DNA of 64,000 nucleotides from an uncultured bacterium (GTDB lineage Bacteria; Muiribacteriota; CAYSPT01). Within the stretch, counting starts at the first letter, position 1. Each line of letters opens with the position of its first letter. Shown in pieces: positions 25,701-32,967 of the stretch. The stretch is from contig CAYSPT010000011.1 of NCBI GenBank assembly GCA_964432985.1, forward strand, positions 21,257 through 85,256, read 5' to 3'. The notes under the pieces were generated by a model. It made no database searches, was not told the DNA's origin, and worked only from the letters and a program-made list of their open reading frames with translations. Position numbers and translations under genes: made by a program.

Positions 25701-28246
25701 CTGGTGGAGCCCGATGAATCAAGCGCCTTCCATTCCTGTCCGTCGTAGCCTTTGAAACCGGTGCCGTCGAACTGCACCATGCCCGCTTCGGCGGTGGCGC
25801 CGAACGCCGGTCCCATGATGACGGTGCCCACCACGTGCAGGTCGGCTTTCGGATCACTGGTGGATATCCCGATTTTTCCCATGGTGATGACGTTCTGGTG
25901 CCCGAAATCGGGGCTGATCTTGGTGCCGGCGATGGCGGCGGTGGCGCTTACCCGGTTATCGGTTACGGCGCCGGACGCTATTTCTGCGTTGGTGATGGCC
26001 CCAACAGCAATGTCGTCCGCAGTTATCGTACCGTCGGCGATATCGTCTGAAGTAATGGCCCCATCGGCGATATGAGATGAAGTTACCGCTTCTTCGGTAA
26101 TACCGGAGGTAGTTACCGCACCGGCTGCGATATTTTCGGCGGTTATTGCCCCAGAGGCGATATCGTCGGTGGTGATGGTCCCGTCTTCGATGCTGCCTCC
26201 GGGACCGCCGGAAACGGTGGAGGTCAGGCTGTCGATTCCCAGGTTGGTGCGGGCCTGCTCGGCGGTGGTGGCGCCGGTTCCGCCGCTTGCAACCGGGACC
26301 ACACCGGTGACACCGGCGGCATTACCGGGGATGTCGCCCTCCACGCTGGCACCGGTGATCGGGCCGCTGATTTGTGAAGATGGGATATCTCCGACAACCT
26401 GCGAGGAGGGAATATCCCCAACAACCTGTGACGAGGGAATTGTTCCGGTTATCTTCGAGCCGGAAACGCTCTCGATGGAGTCATCTGAAATCAAACCCGT
26501 AATTTTTGTGCTGCTTACCGACTCGATGTAGTCGTCGGCGATGGGATCACCCTGCCAGGCGCCATCGATGACGTTACCGTTCTCATCTACCGCGAAGACA
26601 CCGCTGGTGCTGCTCGTTCCCGCCTGCTGCTGCCCGCTGCTGCCCACGGTCAAAGCGGCGTGGGGATCGGTGGTACCGATGCCGACATTGCCGGTATCAC
26701 CGTCCACCACGAAAGCGGAGCCCGATTCCGATTCCACGTGCAGCAGTCCCTGCGGGTCTTTCGTACCGATACCGATACAGCCCACCGCCGTGAGCAGGTT
26801 CTCGCGCTCTTCCGCAGTGGTGCCGCCGGGGTCCCCGGACACGTACAGGTATTCGCTTCGGTTGTACTCGATGTTCCCGTGCCGGTCCTTCACCCGCACC
26901 CCGAACACGTACCGTCCGCCGGAAAGCGACCCTTCGAAGATGCAGCCGCACTCGCCTCGGATACCGTCGTAGATCTCCGTATCACTATATTGGACAGGGT
27001 TGTTGTTGTCCCAGTTCTCCGGGTCCCATTGTTCCACCGTATTGTGGTAGACGATGAAAGTCAGGGGAGAAGAGGCGTCCAGGCAGCGCCCGAACTCAAC
27101 CGCCACGGCAAACTCTGCGCTGCTGGGATTTGCCGATTCATCGCCCCCGTTGGCCGATGACATGTCGATCTCGGTCATGTACACCAGACCGGGTGTGCTT
27201 TCCCACACCGGCGCTTTTTCGTCGATGAGCGAGGCGTTAACCGTGGATGTAGCTCCTTCGGCGACCGTTACGCCCTCTTCCACGGCTCCGTCTACGATCA
27301 GGTCGTGCCTGAACGTCACGGTGTAGCTTCCCGGTTTCACACCCACGATCTCGTAGTAACCGTCTTCGCCGGTGACGGCGAACTGCTCTTCACCGCTAGA
27401 GCCGGTCAGCGTGACCATTACTTCCCCCACGGGCTGCTGGTCCTGAGCGAGGGCGCTGCCGCTTACCGTGCCGCCCAGATACGGGATAAGGTTCACCGGG
27501 TCCAGCACCGCCGCTGAGGCGGCCGGGACCTGTACCAGCGCCGGGTAGTCCTGGCTCTCGTATCCCGGGTGCATGAAGCTCACCTGGTAGCTGCCTACCG
27601 GGACCTGGCTGATGGTGAACGATCCGTCGTCGCCGGTCATACTGATGTAATCGGTGCCCTTGATGACCACGAAGGTGCCGGCGTGAGCGCCGGATTCGGC
27701 GTCCTCAAGCAGGCAGTAGCCGGTTAAAGCGCCGGTGGGCGTGAGGGCCAGGTCCACCACGGTGGCTTCCAGCGGAGACACTGTCCCCCGCCCTTTTGCC
27801 TTCAGGCCGCCGCGGGTTGCTTCGATGTAGTAGGTGCCCGTGTCCAGCCCGGCGAGGACATAGACTCCCTGCCCATCGGTGACGGTGGCATAGGATCCGG
27901 GCGCGGCCGCGCCGGCCGCCTTAACCGATTGCCTGAAAGCGGTATTCCCGGACGGACGGGCCGCCAGCACCTTCGCCTGCCGGGGGCTGACGCCGCCTTC
28001 GTCCACCCGGCTGGCCAGCACCAGTATGCCCGGGCCCGACGAGCCGTCGGGCAGGATTACCTTCCCCGTCAAGGTGTATCCCAGAGCCGAAACAGTCGAT
28101 GACCCGCCGCTCGAGGAACCACCCGTAGCAGCGCTGTCGCCGCCACCGTCGCCGCAGCCGGTCATGACAATACAAATAAAGCCTGCCAGCAGGCAGGCCG
28201 TTCCAGTTGAAAATACACCCTTTTTAAAGCTATTCCCACATCCCAT
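16781..28246 (-). CDS. giant (3821 aa) lipobox-bearing fibre/adhesin-like protein, tail-fibre-like, with C-terminal S74 intramolecular chaperone domain
   Basis: Single uninterrupted ORF with GGAGGG 7 nt upstream of the ATG. The N-terminus ...CIVMTGC(31)GDGGG is a lipobox. Carboxypeptidase-regulatory-like beta domains follow (GTYYIEATRGG, GSYQVSFMHPGY, GSYTVTFRH). Also present: tail-fibre-type short repeats, 3x 148-aa repeats, 5 stalk/head modules and a C-terminal SDERLKEDI...GVVAQDV... domain plus coiled coil. Confidence 0.9.
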   Translation of the reverse strand: MGCGNSFKKGVFSTGTACLLAGFICIVMTGCGDGGGDSAATGGSSSGGSSTVSALGYTLTGKVILPDGSSGPGILVLASRVDEGGVSPRQAKVLAARPSGNTAFRQSVKAAGAAAPGSYATVTDGQGVYVLAGLDTGTYYIEATRGGLKAKGRGTVSPLEATVVDLALTPTGALTGYCLLEDAESGAHAGTFVVIKGTDYISMTGDDGSFTISQVPVGSYQVSFMHPGYESQDYPALVQVPAASAAVLDPVNLIPYLGGTVSGSALAQDQQPVGEVMVTLTGSSGEEQFAVTGEDGYYEIVGVKPGSYTVTFRHDLIVDGAVEEGVTVAEGATSTVNASLIDEKAPVWESTPGLVYMTEIDMSSANGGDESANPSSAEFAVAVEFGRCLDASSPLTFIVYHNTVEQWDPENWDNNNPVQYSDTEIYDGIRGECGCIFEGSLSGGRYVFGVRVKDRHGNIEYNRSEYLYVSGDPGGTTAEERENLLTAVGCIGIGTKDPQGLLHVESESGSAFVVDGDTGNVGIGTTDPHAALTVGSSGQQQAGTSSTSGVFAVDENGNVIDGAWQGDPIADDYIESVSSTKITGLISDDSIESVSGSKITGTIPSSQVVGDIPSSQVVGDIPSSQISGPITGASVEGDIPGNAAGVTGVVPVASGGTGATTAEQARTNLGIDSLTSTVSGGPGGSIEDGTITTDDIASGAITAENIAAGAVTTSGITEEAVTSSHIADGAITSDDIADGTITADDIAVGAITNAEIASGAVTDNRVSATAAIAGTKISPDFGHQNVITMGKIGISTSDPKADLHVVGTVIMGPAFGATAEAGMVQFDGTGFKGYDGQEWKALDSSGSTSDTTWGDITGTLSDQTDLQGELDSLQSDIDSLQTAVEGKEAALTTGATTEYFRGDKTWQTLTTTAVAEGDSLYYTQTRFDASLTGKTTDDITEGSNNKYFTQSGFDAALGQKQAGDLSDVTLSTPGDGQLLKYNSSTSQWENWTPDFTADAVWGGITGTLADQTDLQGELDGLQGDIDSLQTAVDGKEAALTAGATTEYFRGDKTWQTLSSSAVTEGDNLYYTQDRFDASLAGKTADDITKGSTNQYFTQTAFDAAFSGKQTGDLLDVALTSPGDGQILKYSASKSRWENWTPDFQAGTAWGGITGTLSSQTDLQGELDGLQGDIDSLQTAVDGKEAALTTGATTEYFRGDKTWETLTTTAVAEGDNLYYTQARFETALSGKTTDNLSEGSTNKYFTSGGFDTAFSAKTTDDLTEGTINLYSPWSVGDGVLTTESSVSIGTGGPTTRLTVVTTSNNDGLSLVNNTGYNTYIRFYEGIAVKSFIAHGGGNDMLKLTCMDTGSITLNDGVTEVLRVQDGNVGIGTEAPADKLHVEGGLILGTTTGTNAGTIRFNGGTFEGYTGSEWKALDIQPTGSAGGWTEGTGIVTLTTAGDSVGIGTADPGAYKLKVAGTVYLGATVEIAAGCTIDGRDLSADGAKLDDITAGADVTNPTTVAEAGAIMTDAIGADVQAFHAALESISGLTTAADKMLYTTGTDTYAVTPLSTAGRTLLDDADAAAQRATLGLGSAATAEVNEFMAATADSWVNTTGDTMTGTLTLPANGLVAGTDQLVISSGNVGIGTTVPGAKLTVTDVEDNELLRLEDSTNTDSIGIYTGSGAPEGAVTAQLGSIYADHASGQVYRKASGDGTNTGWEEMAATAGNTAHMAKMTRTVAQSIPHDSATLIAFDTVDFNIGGIGDDTNDQFAIQKAGKYLITASIRTPAVMDDSEYVRIYLVVNDAAIAASDGLGRSANITVDTEITRILDFQVGDTIKMKVKHNEGAAFNTENILSNQQYAPTMSVIQLDAGVGAASSISNTADMLVTADSDSASGGEIQFVTAGSEKMVILNDGKVGIGSDTPAEILDVTGNIAVTGTVDGRDIAADGTKLDSIAADAADTTDDSWTGTDDVYTTSGKVGVGTSSPGAKLTVTDAEDTELIRLEDSTNTDSMGIYTGSGAPEGVVTAQLGSIYADHASGKVYRKASGDGTNTGWEEMAATAGSTAHMAKMTRAAAQSIPHATYTTIDFDTVVFDVGGVAYETNNRFTIQKSGKYLISASWVTAAVIDDGEKVVCDIYINGVSKLHSSRMSPAANSGASPFITDVVDLQAGDNVTMVVRHTEGSAISTHTNEENQPRMSIVQLDAGGGGLWTQTDTDAYFDAGKVSIGTDTPDGTLTVAGEEDTEFISLNDTTNTDSMGIYTGSGAPEGAVTAQLGSIYADHASGKVYRKASGDGTNTGWEEMAATAGSTAHMAKMTRETAQSIPNTTITDIEFDTVEFDVGGMADETNDRFVIQKTGKYVVTGFWSSSTATAGSSMEARIQKNGSSVAFTHIHAGSAYSSAIITDVLDLVENDYLQFAVKHSKGTAMNTHTGEYYKPRMSVVQLDAGVGAASSISNTADMLVTADSDSTDGGEIQFVTAGSEKMVILNDGQVGIGSDTPAEILDVVGNIAVTGTVDGRDVAADGTKLDGIAAGAADTTNDSWTGTDDVYTTSGKVGVGTSSPGARLTVTDAEDTELIRLEDSTNTDSMGIYTGSGAPEGVVIAQLGSIYADHASGKVYRKASGDGTNTGWEEMAATAGSTAHMAKMRRDAAQSLTELEITAVDFDNVEFDVGGMADVTNNRFIIQKAGKYIVSAFWTGENMPSGHIDSLIYKNGTSQMLYRHYYKLAGCEVPGPITEVFDLVEGDYIEFYIKAGTGSGLSTSTAAQFKPRMSIIQLDAAGGGDATAMSNAEDLLITADSDSADGGEIQFITGSSERMVILNDGKIGIGSATPVEVLDVAGNIAVSGTVDGRDIAADGTKLDGITAGAADTTNDSWTGTGDVYTTAGKVAIGTDTPDGTLTVAGAEDTEFISLTDTTNTDSMGIYTGSGAPEGVVIAQLGSIYADHASGKVYRKASGDGTNTGWEEMAATAGSTAHMAKMVRDAAQSLPNGVYTTIAFDNVEFDIGGIADESNNRFLIQKSGKYMVIGYYYHINNDGGEQMQLAFFYNGVRIKKVIETSSYTNQALGNDLVEVLDLQAGDFIEMRIYHVEGAAVNTHTGIDTKPTMSIVQLDAGVGAASSISNTADMLITADSDSTSGGEIQFITAGSEKMVILNDGNVGIGTTNPKDYSASFNNLVIHEEGPSGITIAGRTVDEGAIAFADGTSGDAAYRGRITYKHSTDLMALGTAGTEHLYIDSSGNVGIGSTSPSSKLDVNGTVTATAFAGNGSALTNLPAGSSISADDSKVEVTDATTDGTIAFTTENAERMRITNAGKVGIGTTAPAKSLHLFKDGLDQGIYIESYYDHANADPEIYFRFARGTAASPAAVQSNDILGTLYYYGHSGSSHRAAAYIWAQAAENWTGTAGGGKLKFGTTANGATSPLTRMTIDNNGYVGIGATPATKLHVRGTGEDVIHRIETDDANESQLSLLSGTKEWKLWARDSDDEFGIYDTTTRLRIDPVNGYLTLMESSGRVGIGTTTPEGLLSVYDPSGEPGIYITGANATEGDIVTEDGEAIQIGHWNSTSDTFTERMQINSAGKVGIGTTAPGARVDIDPDGLEDALRLRSGDGVSFNNDINQILLSIASSYTHAIKSRHRSSADNENSIDFFVWDQGTDASGDVGTKHVMSLNGGNVGIGTTNPSYQLELSTDSAAKPTSNTWTIVSDERLKEDIQPFTDGLDTVVQINPVSYRLNGKAARPRGAEGIGVVAQDVINIAPYTISTFMAKLEPEDAEKTEFYSFDSSPFTFVLINAIKELKAQKDDEIESLRMEKESELAARDKRIEALEAQNTEIMSRLEALETK
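16784..17235 (-). other. Peptidase S74-like intramolecular chaperone (tail-spike/fibre autoprocessing) domain + terminal coiled coil
   Basis: TSNTWTIVSDERLKEDIQPFTDGLDTVVQINPVSYRLNG...GIGVVAQDVINIAPYTIS...FVLINAIKELKAQ matches the S-D-x-R-x-K ... AQE/D pattern of endosialidase-type chaperone domains. Confidence 0.8.
18989..23119 (-). repeat. five tandem stalk+head modules inside the giant gene (period 733-1012 nt)
   Basis: The AHMAKM codon blocks start at 23102, 22091, 21356, 20363 and 19364. The variable heads are 22715-23101, 21713-22090, 20987-21355, 19991-20362 and 18989-19363. Head lengths checked by counting residues: 129, 126, 123, 124 and 125 aa. Confidence 0.9.
24431..25705 (-). repeat. 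three tandem 148-aa (444-nt) repeats inside the giant gene
   Basis: The EYFRGDKTW codon blocks start at 25529, 25085 and 24641, an exact 444-nt period. Each unit has WGGITGTL.DQTDLQGELD.LQ.DIDSLQTAV.GKEAALT.GATTEYFRGDKTW. Confidence 0.9.
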
Positions 28247-28685
28247 TGTTTTCCCTCCTCTAAGGAGTTCTTAAAGTGCCAGTACCGAATCTCTCCTGTC
28301 TTTCATATTTATTCTTTTTCATATCATTCGAATTATTATTAAAATGGTAAAAATAATAAACCTTAGTACCAGTTTATGCCAAAAAGGCAAGGTTTGTCAA
28401 AGAAAACCTTAGGTAGTATTAGGGGATTTCCCTATTGGGTAAGTATATTATTTACGGGGACTATTGGGGCCAGGTGCCCGGCAGGCGTCTAACAAACAGA
28501 GGCAGCAGCGACAGCAGGCTAAAACATCTTTATTCTATCTATTTTGCTTTATCTTTTGACTGGGAGCCATTTCACTTGTTAGTATCACCTCAGCAGGCTG
28601 CTATATCTTTCACCCCTGTAAAATGATAACTATATGCACCCCTGTACACTATGCTTGTGCGCGGTGCCTGTAACGGAGGTCAACA

Positions 28686-29036
28686 ATGATTATCAATCAA
28701 ACAAAAGATGTTCCCGAGACGGCTGTTGCAATGCCGGGGGCCGAAAAGGTCGCCATGCGCATCCTGATCGGACCGAAAGACGGGTCCGATACCATCGTCA
28801 TGCGCTCGTTTGTCGTTCAGCCCGGGGGACACTCGCCCCACCATTCACATGATTTCGAGCATGTGGTCCGTGTACAGCGAGGCCGGGGAATTGTTATTGA
28901 TGAAGAGGGCGAGGAGCACCGGATCACGGTGGGAGACAGTGTCCTGGTGGAGAAAAACAAGGAGCACCAGTTCAAGAATCCCGGTGAAGAGCCATTCGAA
29001 TTTATCTGTGTGATCTTGAATCAGGACCAGTCATAA
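28686..29036 (+). CDS. cupin domain protein
   Basis: 116 aa. Cupin motif 1 GGHSPHHSHDFEHVVRVQRGRG and a motif-2-like GDSVLVEKNKEHQFKN. GGAGG RBS. Confidence 0.75.
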   Translation: MIINQTKDVPETAVAMPGAEKVAMRILIGPKDGSDTIVMRSFVVQPGGHSPHHSHDFEHVVRVQRGRGIVIDEEGEEHRITVGDSVLVEKNKEHQFKNPGEEPFEFICVILNQDQS

Positions 29037-29083
29037 AATGTATTTGGCGGAGGTTCCTTCGCTCATAGAATAAGGAGTTCAAG

Positions 29084-30607
29084 GTGGCGCTCGAGATAAT
29101 AGGCAGCGGGTTGACGATTGAAGATGTTGTGCGTGTTGCACGACACGGTGAAAAGGTGGAACTGCACCCGGAGTCCGTGAAGAGAATTGAGGCGTGCCGG
29201 GCCATGCTGGAAAACAAAATCAAAGCCGGCGAGATCATGTATGGCGTGAACACCGGCATAGGGGAGTTTTCCGAAGTTGTTCTGGACCATGACCAGATCA
29301 AGGAGTTTCAGAAATACCTGGTTTACAATCACGCCGCGGGGATAGGCGAAGCGGCGCCGGTGGAGCATGTCAGAGGAGCCATGTTGGGGCGAATCAACGT
29401 TCACGCCCACGGCAACTCTGGATGCCGTCCGGCGATAACGTTCACCCTGGCGGAGATGTTGAATAACGGTGTTACCCCTTATGTCTGCCAAAAAGGTTCG
29501 GTGGGAGCCTGCGGCGACCTGGCGCCCATGTCGCAGATAGCGCTGCTGCTGATGGGCGAGGGGAAGGCTTTTTACCAGGGGGAACTGCTCGAAGGACAGG
29601 AAGCAATGGACCGTGCGGGCATTGAGGTGCCCGGGCTACACGCCCGAGACGGGCTGGCCACAATCAACGGCTCCAACCTCCTGACCGCCATGAGCGCGCT
29701 GCTGCTCTACGATGCCAACCGGTGGTTGAAGCAGGCCGAGATAGCCGCCGCCATGTCCCTTGAAGCGCTCAAGGCCAACATGAGACCATATACTCCCAAA
29801 CTGCATGAAGCCCGTGGTTTCGCCGGCGCGGTACGAACCGCCAGGGCAATTTGCAAACTCATCGAAAATGGAGACCTGGCGGAAGGCAAAATCAAATGCC
29901 GGATACAGGACGCCTACTCCATGCGCTCCACTCCGCAGGTCATCGGCGCCGCCCATGACGCTCTCGCCTTCGCCCGTTCACAGGTGGAGATAGAACTGAA
30001 CGGTGTTGGTGATAATCCGGTCTTTTTCCCCGAAGAGAATCTCCAGCTTTCCGGGGCGAACTTTCAGGGCACCCCGGTTTCGCTGCCAATGGACATGGTA
30101 GGAGTCGCGCTCACCATGGTCAGCGTTATGTCAGAACGGAGGATGAACAGGCTCAATAATCCGGCACTCAGCGTAGGGCTTCCCGCTTTCTTGACGAAAG
30201 GCGCGGGAATGTTCTCCGGGTTGATGCTGAGCCAGTACACCGCCTGTATGCAGATAGTCGAACAGAGGATCCTTTCAGCGCCGGCGAGCATTCAATCCAT
30301 ACCGGCGGCGGCGGACCAGGAAGATTTTGTTTCCATGGGGATGAATACCGCCATCAAGAATTTCCAGATAATCGATAACGCCTGCGGAGTACTGGGAATC
30401 GAGTTGATGGCCGCCGCCCAGGCGCTGGATTTCAGAAACTACACGTTTGGACGCGGTGTTACCCGGGCCAGGGAAGTTATCCGCAAATACGTTGATTTTC
30501 TCGATATCGACCGTCCGTTGTATCCTGATCACAACGTGATGAAACGGCTGGTTGCATCGTATGAAATCCTCGAAGAAGTAGAGAAAGAGGTTGGATCCCT
30601 GGGATAA
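29084..30607 (+). CDS. histidine ammonia-lyase family (MIO-type aromatic amino acid lyase/aminomutase) protein with Ala-Cys-Gly triad
   Basis: 507 aa. YGVNTGIGEF, NHAAGIG and GSVGACGDLAPMS are the HAL GSVGASGDLAPL block with Ser->Cys at codon 143 (tgc, 29510-29512). GTG start with AAGGAG 7 nt upstream. Confidence 0.8.
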   Translation: MALEIIGSGLTIEDVVRVARHGEKVELHPESVKRIEACRAMLENKIKAGEIMYGVNTGIGEFSEVVLDHDQIKEFQKYLVYNHAAGIGEAAPVEHVRGAMLGRINVHAHGNSGCRPAITFTLAEMLNNGVTPYVCQKGSVGACGDLAPMSQIALLLMGEGKAFYQGELLEGQEAMDRAGIEVPGLHARDGLATINGSNLLTAMSALLLYDANRWLKQAEIAAAMSLEALKANMRPYTPKLHEARGFAGAVRTARAICKLIENGDLAEGKIKCRIQDAYSMRSTPQVIGAAHDALAFARSQVEIELNGVGDNPVFFPEENLQLSGANFQGTPVSLPMDMVGVALTMVSVMSERRMNRLNNPALSVGLPAFLTKGAGMFSGLMLSQYTACMQIVEQRILSAPASIQSIPAAADQEDFVSMGMNTAIKNFQIIDNACGVLGIELMAAAQALDFRNYTFGRGVTRAREVIRKYVDFLDIDRPLYPDHNVMKRLVASYEILEEVEKEVGSLG

Positions 30608-30662
30608 GATTGCCTGTGCACCTTCTGCAGCATTCAAATACCGTCTTTAAAAGGCTCATGAT

Positions 30663-32435
30663 ATGAACAATGGAAAAATAAGGAATATAGCTATCATCGC
30701 CCACGTGGACCACGGGAAGACCACCCTGGTGGACCAGTTGTTCAAGCAGAGCGGTATGTTCCGTGAAAACCAGGTGGTGATCGAGCGGTTCATGGACTCG
30801 ATGGATCTGGAACGTGAGCGCGGGATCACCATCACCTCGAAGAACGGATCGTTCAGGTTCGATGAGTATTTCATCAATATCATCGATACGCCGGGACACG
30901 CCGATTTCGGCGGACAGGTGGAACGGGTGCTGAAGATGGCGGACGGTGCCCTGCTGCTGGTCGATGCGCAGGAAGGCCCCATGCCCCAGACCTATTTTGT
31001 GCTCAAGAAGGCGCTGGCTTTGCGTCTTCCCATTATCATAGTGATCAACAAGGTGGACATGCCCCGCATCCGGCCCGACTGGGTGGTCGACCAGGTATTT
31101 GATCTGTTCGTTAAACTGGAAGCTCCCGACAGCATTCTCGATTTCCCGATACTTTTCACTTCGGCCAAACATGGGTACGCCACCCGGTCAATGGATGAAC
31201 CGGGAAAATCGTTGGCCCCGTTGTGCCAGGAAATCATACACCACGTGCCGCCTCCTTCCGGTGACGACGGCGCTCCGCTTCAGATGCTGGTCAGCTCCAT
31301 AGAGTTTTCCCCGTACCTGGGACGGCTGGGCATCGGGAAAATCACCTCGGGAGACCTGGCCGTCAACCGCGAGATAGCGGTGTCACTGCGGGACGGGAAG
31401 ATCGTCTCTTCCCGGGTGACAAAGATCTACCGGTTCGAAGGCAACCAGAAATCCCCGGTAGATACGGCTGGCTGCGGAGAAATTGTGGCGGTGGCCGGGG
31501 TCGAGAACGTGACGGTGGGAGTGACCTTGACCGATAAGGATGATCCGCAGCCGCTCCCTCCGGTCAACCTCGATCCGCCCACCATAACCATGTCCTTCAT
31601 CCCAAACGATTCACCGTTTACCGGCCAGGCCGGAACCTTCCTCACCTCACGGCACCTCGAGGAACGGCTCCAGCGGGCCGCCCTGGCGGATGTGGCTCTG
31701 GTGGTGGAAAAAGAAGGCGCGGGTAAAGGCTTCAAAGTCTCGGGCCGGGGAGAGCTCCACCTGTCGATTCTCATCGAGCGGATGCGCCGGGAAGGGTACG
31801 AGTTCCAGGTAACCCGGCCACGGGTCATTTTCAAGAAACGGAACGGTCGTCTCCTGGAACCCTACGAGAAACTGACCATCGATGTGGACGAAGCATATGT
31901 GGGATGTATCATCGAGGGGTTGGGCAAACGCAAGGGGCAGCTTCAGAACATGGATCCCGGCCCCCTGCATACCAGGCTCATGTTCACCGTACCGGCCCGG
32001 TGCCTGCTGGGGTACCGCTCGGTGTTCCTGTCGGATACCCGGGGGATGGGAACCATGAGTTATGTGTTCCACGAGTACGGTCCTTTCGCCGGTGAGATCA
32101 GGCAGCGGAAGAACGGCGTGCTGGTGGCCCTGTCGGGCTGCACCACGGTAGCATTTGCCCTGTTCAATCTCCAGGACCGCGGCCGCCTGTTCGTCGGTCC
32201 CGGTGAACCGGTTTACGCGGGACAGATCGTCGGCGAGCACAGCCGGGAAAACGATTTGCGGGTCAATCCCGCCAAGGGCAAGAAACTGACCAACATGCGG
32301 GCCGCGGGTTCGGACGAAAACGTGATCCTGATTCCGCCGGTGGAGATGGGGATAGAAGACTGCATCTCGTTCATCAATGACGATGAACTCGTAGAGGTGA
32401 CACCGGCCGCCCTTCGTTTGAGAAAACGTCCCTGA
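30663..32435 (+). CDS. typA: translational GTPase TypA/BipA
   Basis: IAIIAHVDHGKTTLVD (G1), IIDTPGHADFGG (G3) and NKVD (G4). Length of 590 aa and an EF-G-like domain order without domain IV. Confidence 0.9.
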   Translation: MNNGKIRNIAIIAHVDHGKTTLVDQLFKQSGMFRENQVVIERFMDSMDLERERGITITSKNGSFRFDEYFINIIDTPGHADFGGQVERVLKMADGALLLVDAQEGPMPQTYFVLKKALALRLPIIIVINKVDMPRIRPDWVVDQVFDLFVKLEAPDSILDFPILFTSAKHGYATRSMDEPGKSLAPLCQEIIHHVPPPSGDDGAPLQMLVSSIEFSPYLGRLGIGKITSGDLAVNREIAVSLRDGKIVSSRVTKIYRFEGNQKSPVDTAGCGEIVAVAGVENVTVGVTLTDKDDPQPLPPVNLDPPTITMSFIPNDSPFTGQAGTFLTSRHLEERLQRAALADVALVVEKEGAGKGFKVSGRGELHLSILIERMRREGYEFQVTRPRVIFKKRNGRLLEPYEKLTIDVDEAYVGCIIEGLGKRKGQLQNMDPGPLHTRLMFTVPARCLLGYRSVFLSDTRGMGTMSYVFHEYGPFAGEIRQRKNGVLVALSGCTTVAFALFNLQDRGRLFVGPGEPVYAGQIVGEHSRENDLRVNPAKGKKLTNMRAAGSDENVILIPPVEMGIEDCISFINDDELVEVTPAALRLRKRP

Positions 32436-32470
32436 TCTGAAAAAACAGCTTGTGCAGAACGAAGACGATT

Positions 32471-32833
32471 TTAGAAGTCGTTACTTGGATCTACCTTGAT
32501 TTTAGTGGGACTGCCTCCGAACTTCTTATCCAGCCATGCTCCCAGACCGCCGCCCAGCAAGACCCCGATAACGATAGGAACGATAATCATGGCCGCCGGA
32601 ATCAACAACCCGGCGAACACCCCGCCGCCCACTGTGGTTATGACTATGTACGCCGTGGCCAACTGCCAGAGCCCCAGGGCAAGCATAGCTCCGCCGACGC
32701 CGCCTGCGATGGCGCCTATGGTCCTCATTTTGACAGCTTCTACCGGCTGAATGCACGTCACAGCCATGAAAGACATAACCAATAAAACCGCAAGCATCCT
32801 GGTTTTGGATCCGTGTGTCATTATCGCCGTCAT
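32471..32833 (-). CDS. small Gly-rich integral membrane protein
   Basis: GAGGAGG RBS. Three or four hydrophobic Gly-rich segments (IGAIAGGVGGAMLALGLW, VGGGVFAGLLIPAAMIIVPIVIGVLLGGGLGAW). Confidence 0.55.
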   Translation of the reverse strand: MTAIMTHGSKTRMLAVLLVMSFMAVTCIQPVEAVKMRTIGAIAGGVGGAMLALGLWQLATAYIVITTVGGGVFAGLLIPAAMIIVPIVIGVLLGGGLGAWLDKKFGGSPTKIKVDPSNDF

Positions 32834-32967
32834 AACGATACCTCCTCATTATTCCATACCCGAAGCAACCGGGGTATATTCAAAGTATTAGTTACTATAA
32901 GTATAACAAAAGTTGGAAAATAAATTTGAGCCGGCTTACCAAAGGGTGTTTTTTCAAATATGGCACC

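Noticed and set aside
17627-27517. Dozens of plus-strand ORFs (60-216 aa) inside the giant gene region, several with repeated translations (e.g. 19376..20026, 20375..20557, 21338..21865, 22061..22285)
   Set aside because: They are antisense shadows of the GC-rich repetitive minus-strand ORF. They repeat only because the coding repeats repeat. They are Gly/Arg/Ala/Pro-rich with no motifs and are fully contained in a 3821-aa uninterrupted frame with strong domain evidence.
16781-28246. Diversity-generating retroelement, or a prophage, as the explanation for the variable heads
   Set aside because: There is no reverse transcriptase, no template-repeat copy of a head and no adenine-specific mismatch pattern between heads. 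There are no phage structural, lysis or integration genes in 64 kb. A locus outside the window cannot be excluded.
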